Source of the DNA: Azolla caroliniana
Taxonomy: Eukaryota > Plantae > Polypodiophyta
Direction of reading: 5' to 3'
DNA length: 64,000 nt
NCBI GenBank assembly: GCA_043228905.1
Contig: JBHGNT010000015.1
Span: forward strand, 2,852,001-2,916,000
Positions 47,363 to 59,732 of the stretch are shown one piece after another. The translations under genes were made by a program, and so were the position numbers. A model generated the notes under the pieces. It saw nothing but the letters and a program-made list of their open reading frames with translations, searched no databases and was not told the DNA's origin. Position 1 is the stretch's first letter, and each line of letters starts with the position of its first letter.

Positions 47363-50300
47363 TGTAGAGTAATCGACGCTCCGATTAACCTTCACCACTC
47401 GGCCACAACCGAGTAAGCACGAATCAATGCAGCAGAAAATAGGAACCACAAAGAAAGAACACGAATACACAGGGATTAACGTGGAAAACCCTAGACGGGA
47501 AAAAACCACGGGAGTACAAGACTCCAAACCAAAACTATGCACAGAGAAATATACAATGGCGAGCTGCAAGGCGACGACCTTGAGCTCGTTGTCCTCGCCA
47601 CAGGCGGCGGAAATACACAGAGGCGTCGACCTCCTCCTCTCTCACGCTCTATCTCTCTCACGGCTGCTCTCTCTTCACTCCTCTTGAGTGGAAAAACAGA
47701 AAAATGAGTAGCAACATCAAAACTGTTTGCCCTAAGTCATATTTATACACATATGACTTTGGGGCTATTTACAACTATAGCCTCAAGGGCCCTTGGCAAA
47801 CATATTCACAGATATGTCCCCGCATCCGGATCTCGCTCCGGGTACATTCGTCATCCGGCTCCGAAGCCGGGGTCTTCATCATCCGGTTCCGAAACCGAAA
47901 CTGGGCTTGTCGGCATTCATCTCCGATATCCGACCATCCCATCCGAAAGAGACCGTAATCCCAACAAACTCCCCCTTCACTTCGGCATGGGATGTCTCTC
48001 CAATCCGATCCTCTTCCGGCATGCTTCCAGCTTGTCGGGTGTGAGCACCTTGGTCAGCATATCCGACCCGTTCTCGTCCGTGTGGACCTTCGTCAGCACG
48101 AACTCCTTGTCTTCTATCCTTTCCCGGATCCAGTGATATCTTCGTTGGATGTGCTTCGTCCGGGAGTGATAGGCCGCGTTCTTCGCAAGGTGGATTGCAC
48201 TCTGACTGTCGCAGTAGAGTCGGTACTCCTCCTGTCGGATACCGAGCTCTCTAATGAAGTCCTTCATCCATATTATTTCCTTGCCGGCTTCAACAGCCGC
48301 CATGTACTCCGCCTCCGTGGTTGACAACGCAACCGTCTTCTGCAGCCTCGACTGCCATGAAACCGCTCCCCCTGCATACGTCATCACATACCCTGATGTG
48401 GACCGGCTGGTATCTGCATCAGCCGACATATCCGAATCGGTAAAGCCGTCGAGTTCGGGCTTACCGGAGCCGAATCGGAGGCACACGTTTGCCGTGCCCT
48501 TCAGGTATCGGAGTATCCACTTGGCCGCGTTCCAATGCTCTTTGCCGGGATTGCTCATGTACCGGCTCACCACTCCGACTGCATATCCTATGTCCGGTCT
48601 CGTACACACCATGGCGTACATCAAGCTCCCGACGGCTGAGGCATACGGCACTTTCATCATATCCTCCTTTTCAGCCTTTGTCTTGGGACTTTGCTTGTTG
48701 GACAGCTTGCAGTTTGCCGGGAGGGTCGATCCGACTGGTCTTGCTTCCGACATATTGAACCGTTTAAGCACCTTTGTCACGTACTTTTCCTGTGACAGCC
48801 ACAACTGCTTCTTGCTCCGGTCCCGGATGATGTGCATCCCTAGTATTTGTCTCGCCGGACCCAAGTCCTTCATTGAGAAGGTTCGGTGAAGAGCCTTCTT
48901 CAGCATCCGTATCTTGACCTGGTCTCGTCCGACGATCAACATGTCGTCCACGTACAGGAGGAGTATTAGAAAGTCTCCTCCTTCGAACTTCTTCACAAAC
49001 ACGCAGTGGTCGGACTGCGTTTTGAGGTACCCTTCGTCGGTCATGAAGGAGTCGAACTTCCGGTACCATTGCCGGGGAGCCTGCTTCAGTCCGTAAAGGC
49101 TCTTCTTCAACCGGCATACCAGGTGCTCCTTCCCTTTCTTCTCGAATCCTTCCGGTTGCTGCATGTAGATCTCTTCTTCGAGGTCACCGTGAAGGAATGC
49201 CGTCTTCACGTCCATCTGTTCTACCTCGAGGTCCATGCTTGCCGCTATGCTCAGCACCGTCCGGATGGAGGTCATTTTCACTACCGGGGCAAATATCTCG
49301 TCGAAGTCAACGCCCTTCTTTTGCTGAAACTCCTTCACCACGATCCTGGCTTTGTATCTCGGGGGGTTTCCGGCATCTCCCGGTTTCAGCTTGAACACCC
49401 ACTTGTTTCGAAGTGCCCGCTTTCCTTTCGGCAACTCCACAAGTTCATATGTGTGGTTCTCATGCAGGGAATCCATCTCGTCCTGCATGGCACTCAACCA
49501 CCTGCGGCTCTGGGTGTCATGCTTTGCTTCTTCAAAGCTCTCCGGCTCCCCCTCATCGGTTAGCAACAGGTGCTCTGGTTCCGGAAATCTCCGGGGGGCC
49601 CTTCTCTCTCTTAGAGGATATCTCCGTTCCGGAGCTTCGGTGACCGGTTCTTCCGATTCTTCTTCATCCGAATCCATTTCGGGATCGGGGCCGGTTCCGG
49701 TATCATTTTCATCTTCTTCGGCCGGTTCTGTTTCTTCACCGTCTTCGGCCGGATCCTCGAGTGCTAACCGGTCCCTTGCCGGTCGGGACTGCTCCTCGTA
49801 GAGTTGATCCTCACCGGTCGACTTGGAGCTCTTCATCTTCTTCTCCGACTCCCAGTCGGCGAGTGTCTTGTTCTCCATGAAGATGATATCACGACTCCGG
49901 AATATCTTCTTGTCGACCGGGTCCCATACTCGGTAGCCGAACTCGTCATCGCCGTAACCGAGGAATATGCATGGCCGGGTCTTTGGATCTAGCTTTCCTC
50001 TCCGGTCCTTTGCCACATGCACGTATGCGAGACACCCGAACACCTTCAGATGCCGGTAGGATACTTCCCTACCGGTCCACACTCTCTGCGGCGTGTCTCC
50101 GTCCAAAGGTACTGAGGGTGATCGGTTTATCACATATGTCGCCGTCGACATTGCCTCAGCCCAAAACCCCTTGGGTAATTTCGCATGCGCCAGCATACTC
50201 CGGACCCTCTCCATTATGGTCCGGTTCATCCTCTCGGCCAGCCCGTTCAGTTCCGGCGTCTTCGGCACAGTAAACTCGAGCCGGATTCCCTTCGAGCGAC

Positions 50301-52683
50301 AGTACTCATGGAACTGTCCCGGGTATTCCCCTCCGTTATCCGCTCGTATCGCTTTCAGCTTCTTGCCGGATTCTCTTTCCACTCTCGCGTGGAGTTCTTT
50401 GAAGACGGACAACACTTGGTCCTTTGTCTTCATCGGTGCCGTCCACAGTCTTCGGCTATGATCATCTATGAATGTTACGAAGTACTGGGCTCCGCCATGT
50501 GACTTCGTTTCTACCTGACACACATCGGTGTGCACCAACTCCAATGGTGCGCTACGTCTTGTCGGTGGCCTTGAGTGGAAGGAGGTTCGGTTCTGCTTAC
50601 CGGCCAGGCAATCGGTGCACTTCTCCAGGTGCACATGCTTCACTGGAATAAGGTTGTCTTCTGCAAGCCTCTTCATCCCCTTCTCACTCATGTGGCACAG
50701 TCTTTTGTGCCACAGCTCACCGGCAGTGTCGGCTGCCACATTCAGCTCTTCCGGACATAACCGGGCATTCATCAGGTACAGTGTGTTGACTTTTCGGGCC
50801 CGAGCCACTATCAGGCTCCCCTTGCTGAACTTCATTACGCCGTTCCGGATGCTACCTGTGTAGCCTTCATCGTCTAGCCTCCCGGCCGAAATCAGGTTCA
50901 ATCGAACCTCCGGAACGTGTCGGACATCCTTCAACAGCATTTTACATCCGGTCGAGGTTGTCAACCACACGTCTCCTATGCCGGCGATCCGGCACGTACC
51001 TTCATTTCCCATCCGAACACAGCCATGCTCACCGGCTGTGTAGGATGAGAAGTATCTTCTTTCCGGGGTCAGGTGGAACGACGCTCCGGAATCGACCACC
51101 CAGGTCGTCTCATCGCCGGCAATGTTTAGCTCACCTTCTTCGGTGATGAGCATGATTTCTTCCTCACTTGCCGCGAGTGCCGTCGTTCCTTTCCTGTCCT
51201 GCCCTCGCCGATCCGAACCATTCCGGTCCGTGGCTCCCCGGTAAGCACCGTTCCGTTCCGAAGACTTCTTCGAATCGGTGTCGTCGGCTCCGTTGTCTTT
51301 TCGGTAATGCCGACAATTCTTTCGGAAGTGCCCCGGCTTCCCACAGTGGAAGCATGTGGGTCTTCCTCTTGACTGCGACCGGGTCCCCGACTTCTCCCGT
51401 CTTTGCGGACTCTGGTTCCGTTGTCTTCCCCGATCCGATTCGGTAAACAACATCTTCGGATCGGAGGCCGGTTCTTTATCTCTCCGACGCGCTTCTTCGT
51501 TCAAAATACTTGTCTTTACCGTTTGTAGGGACAAGTTATCTTCGGTGCAGGAGGTGCTGAGAGTCACCACCAAGTTCTCCCAACTTTCCGGCAATGTACA
51601 CATCAGGATGATGGCTTGCATTGCATCCTCCAACGGGAACTTGATCGCCGCAAGCTGGTTCACGAATCCCATGAACGTGCTTACGTGTTCCACCATACTC
51701 TCGCCGTCCCGGTACTTGAGGTTCACTATCTTCCTCATCAGGGAGGTCCGGTTCAATGCATTCTTCCTCTCGTAGAGGCCCGACAGCTTCCGCCACATCT
51801 CATATGCGTTGGTGTCGTTCGCCACATGTTGTAGAACGCTCACGTCTACGTATTGCCGAATGGTTGCTACGGCTTTCCGGTTCAGAAGCCTCCATTCCGA
51901 CTCAAGTACCCCCTTCGGTATTTCCGACCTGTCGATCGGTTCGTACAGGTCCCGAACAATCAGAAGATCCTCCATCTTGATCTTCCAGTCGGCGTAATTC
52001 TGCGCATTCAGCACCATCATCCCCGGCTGCCCGCTGCCGCCGCCTTCCATTTTCTGCAGCAGTCGCTCTGATACCAGTTTGTAGAGTAATCGACGCTCTG
52101 ATTAACCTTCACCACTCGGCCACAACCGAGTAAGCACGAATCAATGCAGCAGAAAATAGGAACCACAAAGAAAGAACACGAATACACAGGGATTAACGTG
52201 GAAAACCCTAGACGGGAAAAAACCACGGGAGTACAAGACTCCAAACCAAAACTATGCACAGAGAAATATACAATGGCGAGCTGCAAGGCGACGACCTTGA
52301 GCTCGTTGTCCTCGCCACAGGCGGCGGAAATACACAGAGGCATCAACCTCCTCCTCTCTCACGCTCTATCTCTCTCACGGCTGCTCTCTCTTCACTCCTC
52401 TTGAGTGGAAAAACAGAAAAATGAGTAGCAACATCAAAACTGTTTGCCCTAAGTCATATTTATACACATATGACTTTGGGGCTATTTACAACTATAGCCT
52501 CAAGGGCCCTTGGCAAACATATTCACAGATATGTCCCCGCATCCGGATCTCGCTCCGGGTACATTCGTCATCCGGCTCCGAAGCCGGGGTCTTCATCATC
52601 CGGTTCCGAAACCGAAACCGGGCTTGTCGGCATTCATCTCCGATATCCGACCATCCCATCCGAAAGAGACCGTAATCCCAACA
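47363..52683 (-). mobile_element. Intact young Ty1/Copia element (Tnt1/Tork-like)
   Basis: 604-bp LTRs 47363-47966 and 52080-52683 (4 substitutions counted by eye), TSD ATGAA, PBS-Met 52065-52076, PPT 47967-47976. Confidence 0.98.
47977..52050 (-). CDS. Copia gag-pol polyprotein, 1357 aa
   Basis: Uninterrupted ORF with CCHC knuckle, DSGAS, HHCC, DDE, YVDD and RNase H. Confidence 0.98.
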   Translation of the reverse strand: MEGGGSGQPGMMVLNAQNYADWKIKMEDLLIVRDLYEPIDRSEIPKGVLESEWRLLNRKAVATIRQYVDVSVLQHVANDTNAYEMWRKLSGLYERKNALNRTSLMRKIVNLKYRDGESMVEHVSTFMGFVNQLAAIKFPLEDAMQAIILMCTLPESWENLVVTLSTSCTEDNLSLQTVKTSILNEEARRRDKEPASDPKMLFTESDRGRQRNQSPQRREKSGTRSQSRGRPTCFHCGKPGHFRKNCRHYRKDNGADDTDSKKSSERNGAYRGATDRNGSDRRGQDRKGTTALAASEEEIMLITEEGELNIAGDETTWVVDSGASFHLTPERRYFSSYTAGEHGCVRMGNEGTCRIAGIGDVWLTTSTGCKMLLKDVRHVPEVRLNLISAGRLDDEGYTGSIRNGVMKFSKGSLIVARARKVNTLYLMNARLCPEELNVAADTAGELWHKRLCHMSEKGMKRLAEDNLIPVKHVHLEKCTDCLAGKQNRTSFHSRPPTRRSAPLELVHTDVCQVETKSHGGAQYFVTFIDDHSRRLWTAPMKTKDQVLSVFKELHARVERESGKKLKAIRADNGGEYPGQFHEYCRSKGIRLEFTVPKTPELNGLAERMNRTIMERVRSMLAHAKLPKGFWAEAMSTATYVINRSPSVPLDGDTPQRVWTGREVSYRHLKVFGCLAYVHVAKDRRGKLDPKTRPCIFLGYGDDEFGYRVWDPVDKKIFRSRDIIFMENKTLADWESEKKMKSSKSTGEDQLYEEQSRPARDRLALEDPAEDGEETEPAEEDENDTGTGPDPEMDSDEEESEEPVTEAPERRYPLRERRAPRRFPEPEHLLLTDEGEPESFEEAKHDTQSRRWLSAMQDEMDSLHENHTYELVELPKGKRALRNKWVFKLKPGDAGNPPRYKARIVVKEFQQKKGVDFDEIFAPVVKMTSIRTVLSIAASMDLEVEQMDVKTAFLHGDLEEEIYMQQPEGFEKKGKEHLVCRLKKSLYGLKQAPRQWYRKFDSFMTDEGYLKTQSDHCVFVKKFEGGDFLILLLYVDDMLIVGRDQVKIRMLKKALHRTFSMKDLGPARQILGMHIIRDRSKKQLWLSQEKYVTKVLKRFNMSEARPVGSTLPANCKLSNKQSPKTKAEKEDMMKVPYASAVGSLMYAMVCTRPDIGYAVGVVSRYMSNPGKEHWNAAKWILRYLKGTANVCLRFGSGKPELDGFTDSDMSADADTSRSTSGYVMTYAGGAVSWQSRLQKTVALSTTEAEYMAAVEAGKEIIWMKDFIRELGIRQEEYRLYCDSQSAIHLAKNAAYHSRTKHIQRRYHWIRERIEDKEFVLTKVHTDENGSDMLTKVLTPDKLEACRKRIGLERHPMPK

Positions 52684-53049
52684 ATGAACAATATTGAGAC
52701 AGAGAAGGAATTAGTACTAAACGAAGGATTAGTACTATGAGAGGTGTGGAACTTCTTCGAGAGAAGGAAGAAGTGAGCCAGACAGAGAGAAAGAGAGAGA
52801 TTGAGAGAGAGAGAGAGAGAGAGTGATGATAAGAAAGATATGTATTATATGAAGAGAATATACAATGGTGGCTAAAAGGCTTAAGACTGGTGTTGAACCA
52901 ATTTGGTTCAACATAATGCCTAGTGCCCTCTTTTATAGTGTTTTTAGGAGTAATCTTGAAGCTTCTAGAATGTTCCAGAGAAATCTGGAATATACACTAA
53001 TTTCCTATAATAAAATGTAAATGAAAATAATATCCTATGTATTACAACA

Positions 53050-53117
53050 GATGGTCTAATGGTCAAGAGCTCAACCCATATAACCTAAGGTCATGGGTTC
53101 GAGTCTTGCCATATCAT
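53050..53117 (+). promoter_or_regulatory. tRNA-derived A/B-box segment at the chromovirus LTR terminus (also 58270-58337 and 63820-63886)
   Basis: A-box TGGTCTAATGG at 53052-53062 and B-box GGTTCGAGTC at 53096-53105; cloverleaf imperfect. Confidence 0.7.
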
Positions 53118-56100
53118 GACACTATCCCCCCTTTAAAATGACGAGTGTCACGAGTCGTCTTGGATTGAGGACCTGGTTTGTGTGGATATTGACGATGGAA
53201 GTCTTCAAGAAGAGCACGAGCATTGGTCACATTCTCGATCGGTTCCCAAGTACGTTCGCTGGGGCTATAGCCTAGCCAATCGACTAGATAGTAGAGCTTG
53301 TTACGAACTCGTACTCCGGCCCATCTTCAAGCTCGATCGGGGGTGGAGGTTGAATAAGATGTCCTGGGATGGTGCTCTCGTGGTAGGGTTCGAGGAGAGA
53401 ACTATGAAACACCGGATGTATCCGAAGTTGAGGAGGTAGATCAAGACAAAAAGTGACATCATTAATCTGTCCAATAATACAGAAAGGACCTAATCTCCGA
53501 TAATCTAACTTCTCACATGGACGAGTAGTCTTGATGTGTCGTCGTAGCAGCCACACCCGATCTCCAATATTAAAACTGGATGGAAGTCGATGACGATCCG
53601 TGTAGACCTTGTGTGTTTGTTGAGCTTGCTGGAGATGAGTAGATAAATCCGCTTGTATCTTGCGTAACTGCTCCAAACGATCCTCCGCGCACGGATTTGT
53701 GGATACCTCTGGGGTTTCAAGTACACTCCACTGGGGGTGACATCCCGTATAAGCATGAAATGGCGTAACTTTAGTGGATGCGTGGATAGAGTTGTTATAG
53801 GCAAATTTGGCGAAGTGAAGAATATTTGCCTAGTCATCTTGATGATAGCTGAGAAAGCACCGCAGATATTGCTCCAACGTTTGATTTGTTCGTTCAGCTT
53901 GGCCGTCGGTTTGTGGGTGGTAGCCGGAGGAGAGGTTACAAGTGACCTTGAGCATGTTAAAAAGGTGCTTCCAGAATTTTGACACGAACTGGGGTCCACG
54001 GTCGCTGATGATACTATCGGGAAGTCCATGATGCCGACATACTTCACGCATGACAATTTCGGCAGTGTCTTCACTGGAGATCTCCTTAGTACATGGCAAG
54101 AAATGAGCCATCTTCGTATATCGATCGACCACCATTAGAATCGCATTGAACCCCTTAGAGACTGGAAGATCTGTGATGAAGTCTAGAGCAATGGATTGCC
54201 ACGGCTTGCTTGGAATTGGTAATGGTTCTAATAAACCATATGGATGATGCCTTGGCATTTTCGCTCTGCAACATGTATCACAAGTCCGAACAAAATCCTC
54301 GACAAATTGTCGCATACAGGGCCACCAGAATGTTCGTTGTACTAAATGTAATGTTTTAGTACTACCAAAAGGCCTAGCTGTATATGTGTCATGACAGTTT
54401 TGTACTACTCGAAGGCGGCAAGAACCATTAGGAACAAACAAAAGTTCTTTAAAGAAGAGTAATCCATCATGGTATTTGAATTGCCAATAGTCCGTACCTG
54501 GTGGTTGCGACTGTGAACACGACGCTCGAGAGGGATCAATTTGTGCTAGTATAGCTTGGGCGAACGCATCTGTCTTCAAGTCTTCACTTATGGTATCGAT
54601 AACGTGGGAATCCATAGGCATGTCAAAGATCTGTGTTGCTTGTAGTCGTGCCGGTCCCAAGATCACTTGTTTTTGGTTATTGAAAGCTGGCTCGCCGGGA
54701 CGGGGTGCTAGATACGAACGCCGTGATAATGCATCTGCCTTCCCTTGGTGCCTCCCCGGACGATATGTAATTTTGAAGTTGAAACGCGTGAGGAAGTGGG
54801 CCCACCGAGCTTGACGTCGATTCAACACACGAGCATCTTGAAAGTAGGCAAGATTCTTGTGGTCACTAAATACGGTGACTGGATGAGAGGATTCCTCCAG
54901 AAAATGCCTCCATTGCATAGAAGAATCCACTATTGCCAATAGCTCCTTATCATGAATTTCATAGTTGATTTCGGCGGCGTCAAACTTGCGTGAGTGAAAA
55001 GCCACAGGATGTAGCTTCTCATCATTCCCCTGTTGTGACAGAATGCTCCCCAATGCAAAATCCGATGCGTCAGCTTCGATAATGAATGGTTTTTCCGGAT
55101 CGACATGAGCTAGAATTGGAGCCGATGTAAATGCCTTTTTAAGACTCTCGAAAGCCATGTCTGTTTCTTCAGACCAGATGAACGGTTGTCCCTTCCTGGT
55201 AAGTTGTGTGAGAGGTAGAACGATCTTTGAGTAATCTTGTATGAACTTCCGGTAAAAATTGGCAAAGCCTAAGAAGCATTGCACATCCCACACCGAACGC
55301 GGAGTCTGCCATTCTACCACCGTTTTGACCTTAGCTGGGTCAATGGAGATGCCTTCTGACGAAATGATGTAGCCGAGAAATTCCACTTGGTTGCACCCGA
55401 AACTACATTTTTCCAGCTTTGCATACAGACCATGTTCTCGAAGTCGTTTTAGTACTAATAGTACATGAGAATCATGATCTTCTTGGGTCTTTGAATAAAC
55501 TAGTAGATCATCCAAATAGATGATCAAACAATCATCCAATAGATCTCAGAATATATCATTAGCCATGTGTTGGAAGACTGTCGGCGCATTAGTGAGGCCG
55601 AACGGCATGACCGTATACTCGAAGTGCCCATATCTGGTGCAAAACGCGGTCTTCCATTCGTCTCCTAGTCGGATCCATACGAGGTTATATGCTCCCCGTA
55701 AGTCGATCTTCGTGAAGAACCTGGCACCATTGATCCGTTCTAAAAGACTTGAGATAAGGGGAAGAGCATACCTATTCCTAATTGTAACCTTATTCAAGCC
55801 ACGGTAATCTACTACGAGACGAAGCGATCCATCTTTTTTTTTGACGAAGAAAATGGGCGCGCCGGCTGGAGATTTCGAATGCCGAATGAAACCATTTTCC
55901 AAATTCTCCTCATATAGGCCTGAAGGACTTCCAGCTCGGTTGGTGACAAATTGTAGATCAGTCCCCATGGCGGCTCTTTTCCCGGTTGTAAATCAATGGG
56001 GCAATCGTACGGTCGATGATGAGGAAGTGTGTTGGCTTGTACTTTATTGAACACATCGGCGTAATGACGATACTTCTCGGGAAGTTGAACGGTGGATTCT

Positions 56101-56628
56101 TCTTTAATGGTGCTGGAGGGGTTTACTGATATTGCAAAAAGGAACATTTCCTCCTTGCGCCCTTCTTTACGCAACTGACGTAGCGAAATGGTTGCCATCT
56201 TCTGAGTTGACCCTTGGGTTTGTCGACACCGGATTTCTCTTGTTCTCCAATCTATGTCTGGGTTATGTAACTCGAACCACGGTAATCCTAAAACTATAGG
56301 ATGTTCTGGGATACTAATAATATTAAATGATACTACACATACTAAGTTATCTAGGACAATATTAATGGGCTCTGACTCTTCTATGATATTTCCGGAAGCA
56401 ATGGGACGTCCATCAATGACTACTACAGAGGTTGGACACTGGAGTTTTCTTAGGAATATCTTATGAGCTTGAGCAAATTTCTTATCCATAAAGCAAGAGT
56501 TAGCTCCGGAATCTAGGAGTGCTAGGACATGTACTGGAGGGGTACTTTTAGTACTAACTATTACTTGGGCTACGAACACATCACTAACTTGCTTAGAGGG
56601 AATGGAACCACTAATGGGCTGCACAGAT

Positions 56629-56681
56629 CTAGGGCTGTCCAACCAAACGGCTCCTATTTTGGCTGGACTTAGTCGTTTAAC
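56629..56681 (-). promoter_or_regulatory. -1 ribosomal frameshift signal between gag and pol (also 46255-46307)
   Basis: G TTA AAC heptamer, 6-nt spacer, stem gtccagccaaa/tttggttggac; the -1 frame runs into the protease ORF. Confidence 0.75.
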
Positions 56682-59416
56682 TCTTCTTCTAACTAACTAA
56701 GGACATAAAATTTGTTTGCTAAATCTGGGATATTAGTACTATTAGTACTATTAGGACTATCAGATATCCCTACTGAAATAGGCTCGGATTTAGAACAATT
56801 AGAACTAGCGACTATTTGGTTTACCTGTCTTCTTGGCCTATGGGGGCAATTTATTGCGATATGTCCTGGTCCACCGTAGTAAAGACATAGTCGATTTGTA
56901 CGGCGTCGCTGCTTTTCTTCTTCGGATAATGGCCCTCGACAACGTGTAGTGTCAATCTCCATCGGAGTCGGAGTATTCGTTGGAGGCGCATTATATGACT
57001 CCCTTGGAAAAGGTCTTGCTACCACTGAGGCGTAGGTGGGCTCTGATCTTGCCCTCGGCATCTGTAGCTGTTGTTCCGAACGTCGCTCAAAGAGGCGGTT
57101 GTCACATCTCACCGCGCGACTGATTGCTTTTGTTAAGGACTTTGGCTCTTCGGGGAAGGTCAATAGTAAATCCTTGACGTCGTTGCGTAAACCATAACGG
57201 AATTGCTCCATCAATGCTTGATCATCCCAAGGGATATCGGCGGCGAGTAGGCGAAAATCAGCAGCGTATGCGGAGGCTGGACGGTCACCTTGGCGTAATC
57301 GCTGGATTTTGTTGATTGCGGTCCTGATGCTGTCAGTATCTCTGAAACATGCTTTAAACTCACCTAGAAACTCTTCAAAATTGTTGAGTAACGGAGATTC
57401 CTTTTCTAATAGTGGAGCGAACCATGACAACGTTGAGCCACTTAACAAAGTGCCTACTAAACCCACTCGTGATGCATCGGTGGGATATCGGGAAGGATGC
57501 ATTTGAATAACTAATCGTACCTGGTTAAGGAACCCTCTAAACTGCGATCGCGTTCCATCCAACTTCGTGGGAAGGCCAATCTTGGGTTCTTTATGAATCC
57601 CTTGTGTTCTGAGCCCTTGTTGTTGCATCGCTACGATGGTTGCTTCGAGTTGTTGCACGCGTAACGCAAGTTCCCCATGTTGTTGTTGCGTTTGCTGCTT
57701 TTCTAAGGAGATTTGTTGAAGATCCCCCAACAACCGTTGGTTTTCTTGTTCCAAAGCATGGAACTTCTCCTTCAAGCATTGAAATTCCGAGAAAATAGAT
57801 TGATATTCTTCAGCGCTAACAATGGCCATGGGATGAAAGAAAAGAGGAATAAAAGATTAGTAGGAAATGAGAGAGACAGAAGGTAGGGAAAATTGGTTCA
57901 AACTGTCATGAATGGTATTGAGACAGAGAAGGAATTAGTACTAAACGAAGGATTAGTACTATGAGAGGCGTGGAACTTCTTCGAGAGAAGGAAGAAGTGA
58001 GCGAGACAGAGAGAAAGAGAGAGATTGAGAGAGAGAGAGAGAGTGATGATAAGAAAGATATGTATTATATGAAGAGAATATACAATGGTGGCTAAAAGGC
58101 TTAAGACTGGCGTTGAACCAATTTGGTTCAACATAATGCCTAGTGCCCTCTTTTATAGTGTTTTCAGGAGTAATCTTGAAGCTTCTAGAATGTTCCAGAG
58201 AAATCTGGAATATACACTAATTTCCTATAATAAAATGTAAATGAAAATAATATTTTACGTATTACAATAGTCTATCTAATGGTCAAGAGCTCGACCCATA
58301 TAACCTAAGGTCATGGGTTCGAGTATTGTCATATCATGACAGTTGCTTTTTGTTGCTCCAGGATATTGCTCCGCTGCTGAGGGAAAAAATAAATCCGGAG
58401 GTTGATCTTTTATTGGCTTTGTAGCTGGCCCAATCGGCGTCTATGTACCCCTCGAGTTGTATTGGCATCGCGGTCTTGTAGAGGATGTCGCAATCCATTG
58501 TGCCGCTCACGTATCGTCGAACTCGCTTAGCGCAATCCAAGTGAGTATCACGCGGTGTTTGCATGAATTGGCTAAGGAGACCGACCGGATAACAGAGATC
58601 GGGTCGAGTGATCGTGAGGTAGATGAGACTCCCGATGAGTTGTCGATACTGAGTCGGCTCACACGCTTTGGTGCCGGAGTTCGCATCTAGTTTGAGATTG
58701 CGATCGAGCAGGGTTGCCGCGGATTTGCACTCAGCCATACCGAACTTTTATAACAAGTTGAGGATGTAGTGCCGTTGAGAGATCATGATTCCGGCCAGAG
58801 TCCGAATTACCTCGATGTCGAGGAAGTAGTGGAGCTCCTTCATGTCCGTCATCTCGAACATGTCGGAAAGGAGGGATTTGACCTTATTGATTTCGACGAG
58901 ATGCTCACCTCCAATGACTAGGTCATCCACATATAAGATGATGACGATCGGACTTGCGGAATCTCTTCGTAAGTAGAGGGAGTTGTCCGATTTTGACATA
59001 CGGAAGCTGATTTGATGAAGATATTGCGTTATCTTCGAATGCCAAGCACGTGGTGCTTGCTTGAGGCCGTAGAGTGGCTTCTTGAGTCGGCATACAACTT
59101 TCAGATGGGTGCTCGAGTTGAAGCCGGGTGGTTGCATCATGTACACCTCTTCTAATTCGCCTTGTAGAAAGGCGTTCTTGACATCCATTTGATGGAGGTG
59201 CCACCCTTTCTCCGTGGCAAGCACAATTACGGTCCGCGCCGTCTTCATCTTTGCCACCAGGGCAAAGGTCTCTTTGTAGTCAACGTCGTGCATTTGTGCG
59301 TAGCCTTTCGCTACGAGTCGCGCTTTGTAGCGGTTGACGAAACCGTCGGCATTGTACTTCACTTTGTAAATCCACCTGCATCCGATCGCCTTTTTGTATG
59401 GTGAGGTGGGAACGAG

Positions 59417-59732
59417 TGTCGAATACGAGTGTATAATGGCCGTATTCACATTGTCCCTTTGGACAGCCCAAGTTCGGGCTATTTTTTTTAAATAGCATAA
59501 AGGGCAGTTGCCCTAGGATAGTCACTATATAAAGTGACTTTGCAACCTTTAGTGAAGGTTGGTTGTAATTTGTAACTGTTGCTATTGGAATATAACATTT
59601 CCTTTGTGCCTCTGTCTCTGTCTGTCTGTCTCTCTGTCTCTCTGTCTATCTTGCTCGCACATACACAGGTTCTTCTTCATCACGAATGTTGCTTGCACTT
59701 CCGCATTGACGGCCTTGTCCCCAACACCGACG
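59417..59732. mobile_element. Solo-LTR-like insert at an integrase-RT deletion in the Copia element
   Basis: Starts TGTCG, contains ctatataaag and interrupts the coding sequence; right end unclear. Confidence 0.4.

Larger units (their letters stand above)
47354..58341 (-). mobile_element. Near-complete Tcn1-like chromovirus nested in the Copia RNase H region
   Basis: TSD GTTGC. LTRs 57904-58341 and 47354-47362 plus 52689-53121. Gag 56693-57829, protease 55812-56642, RT/RNase H/integrase 53284-55968, chromodomain YLVDWLGY..TWEP at about 53170-53310, PPT 53122-53134. Confidence 0.95.

Noticed and set aside
47992-52071. Many + strand ORFs over the intact Copia
   Set aside because: Antisense shadows of a GC-rich polyprotein ORF.
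53050-53117. Functional tRNA gene
   Set aside because: Acceptor, anticodon and T stems do not pair properly; kept only as a tRNA-derived promoter-like segment.
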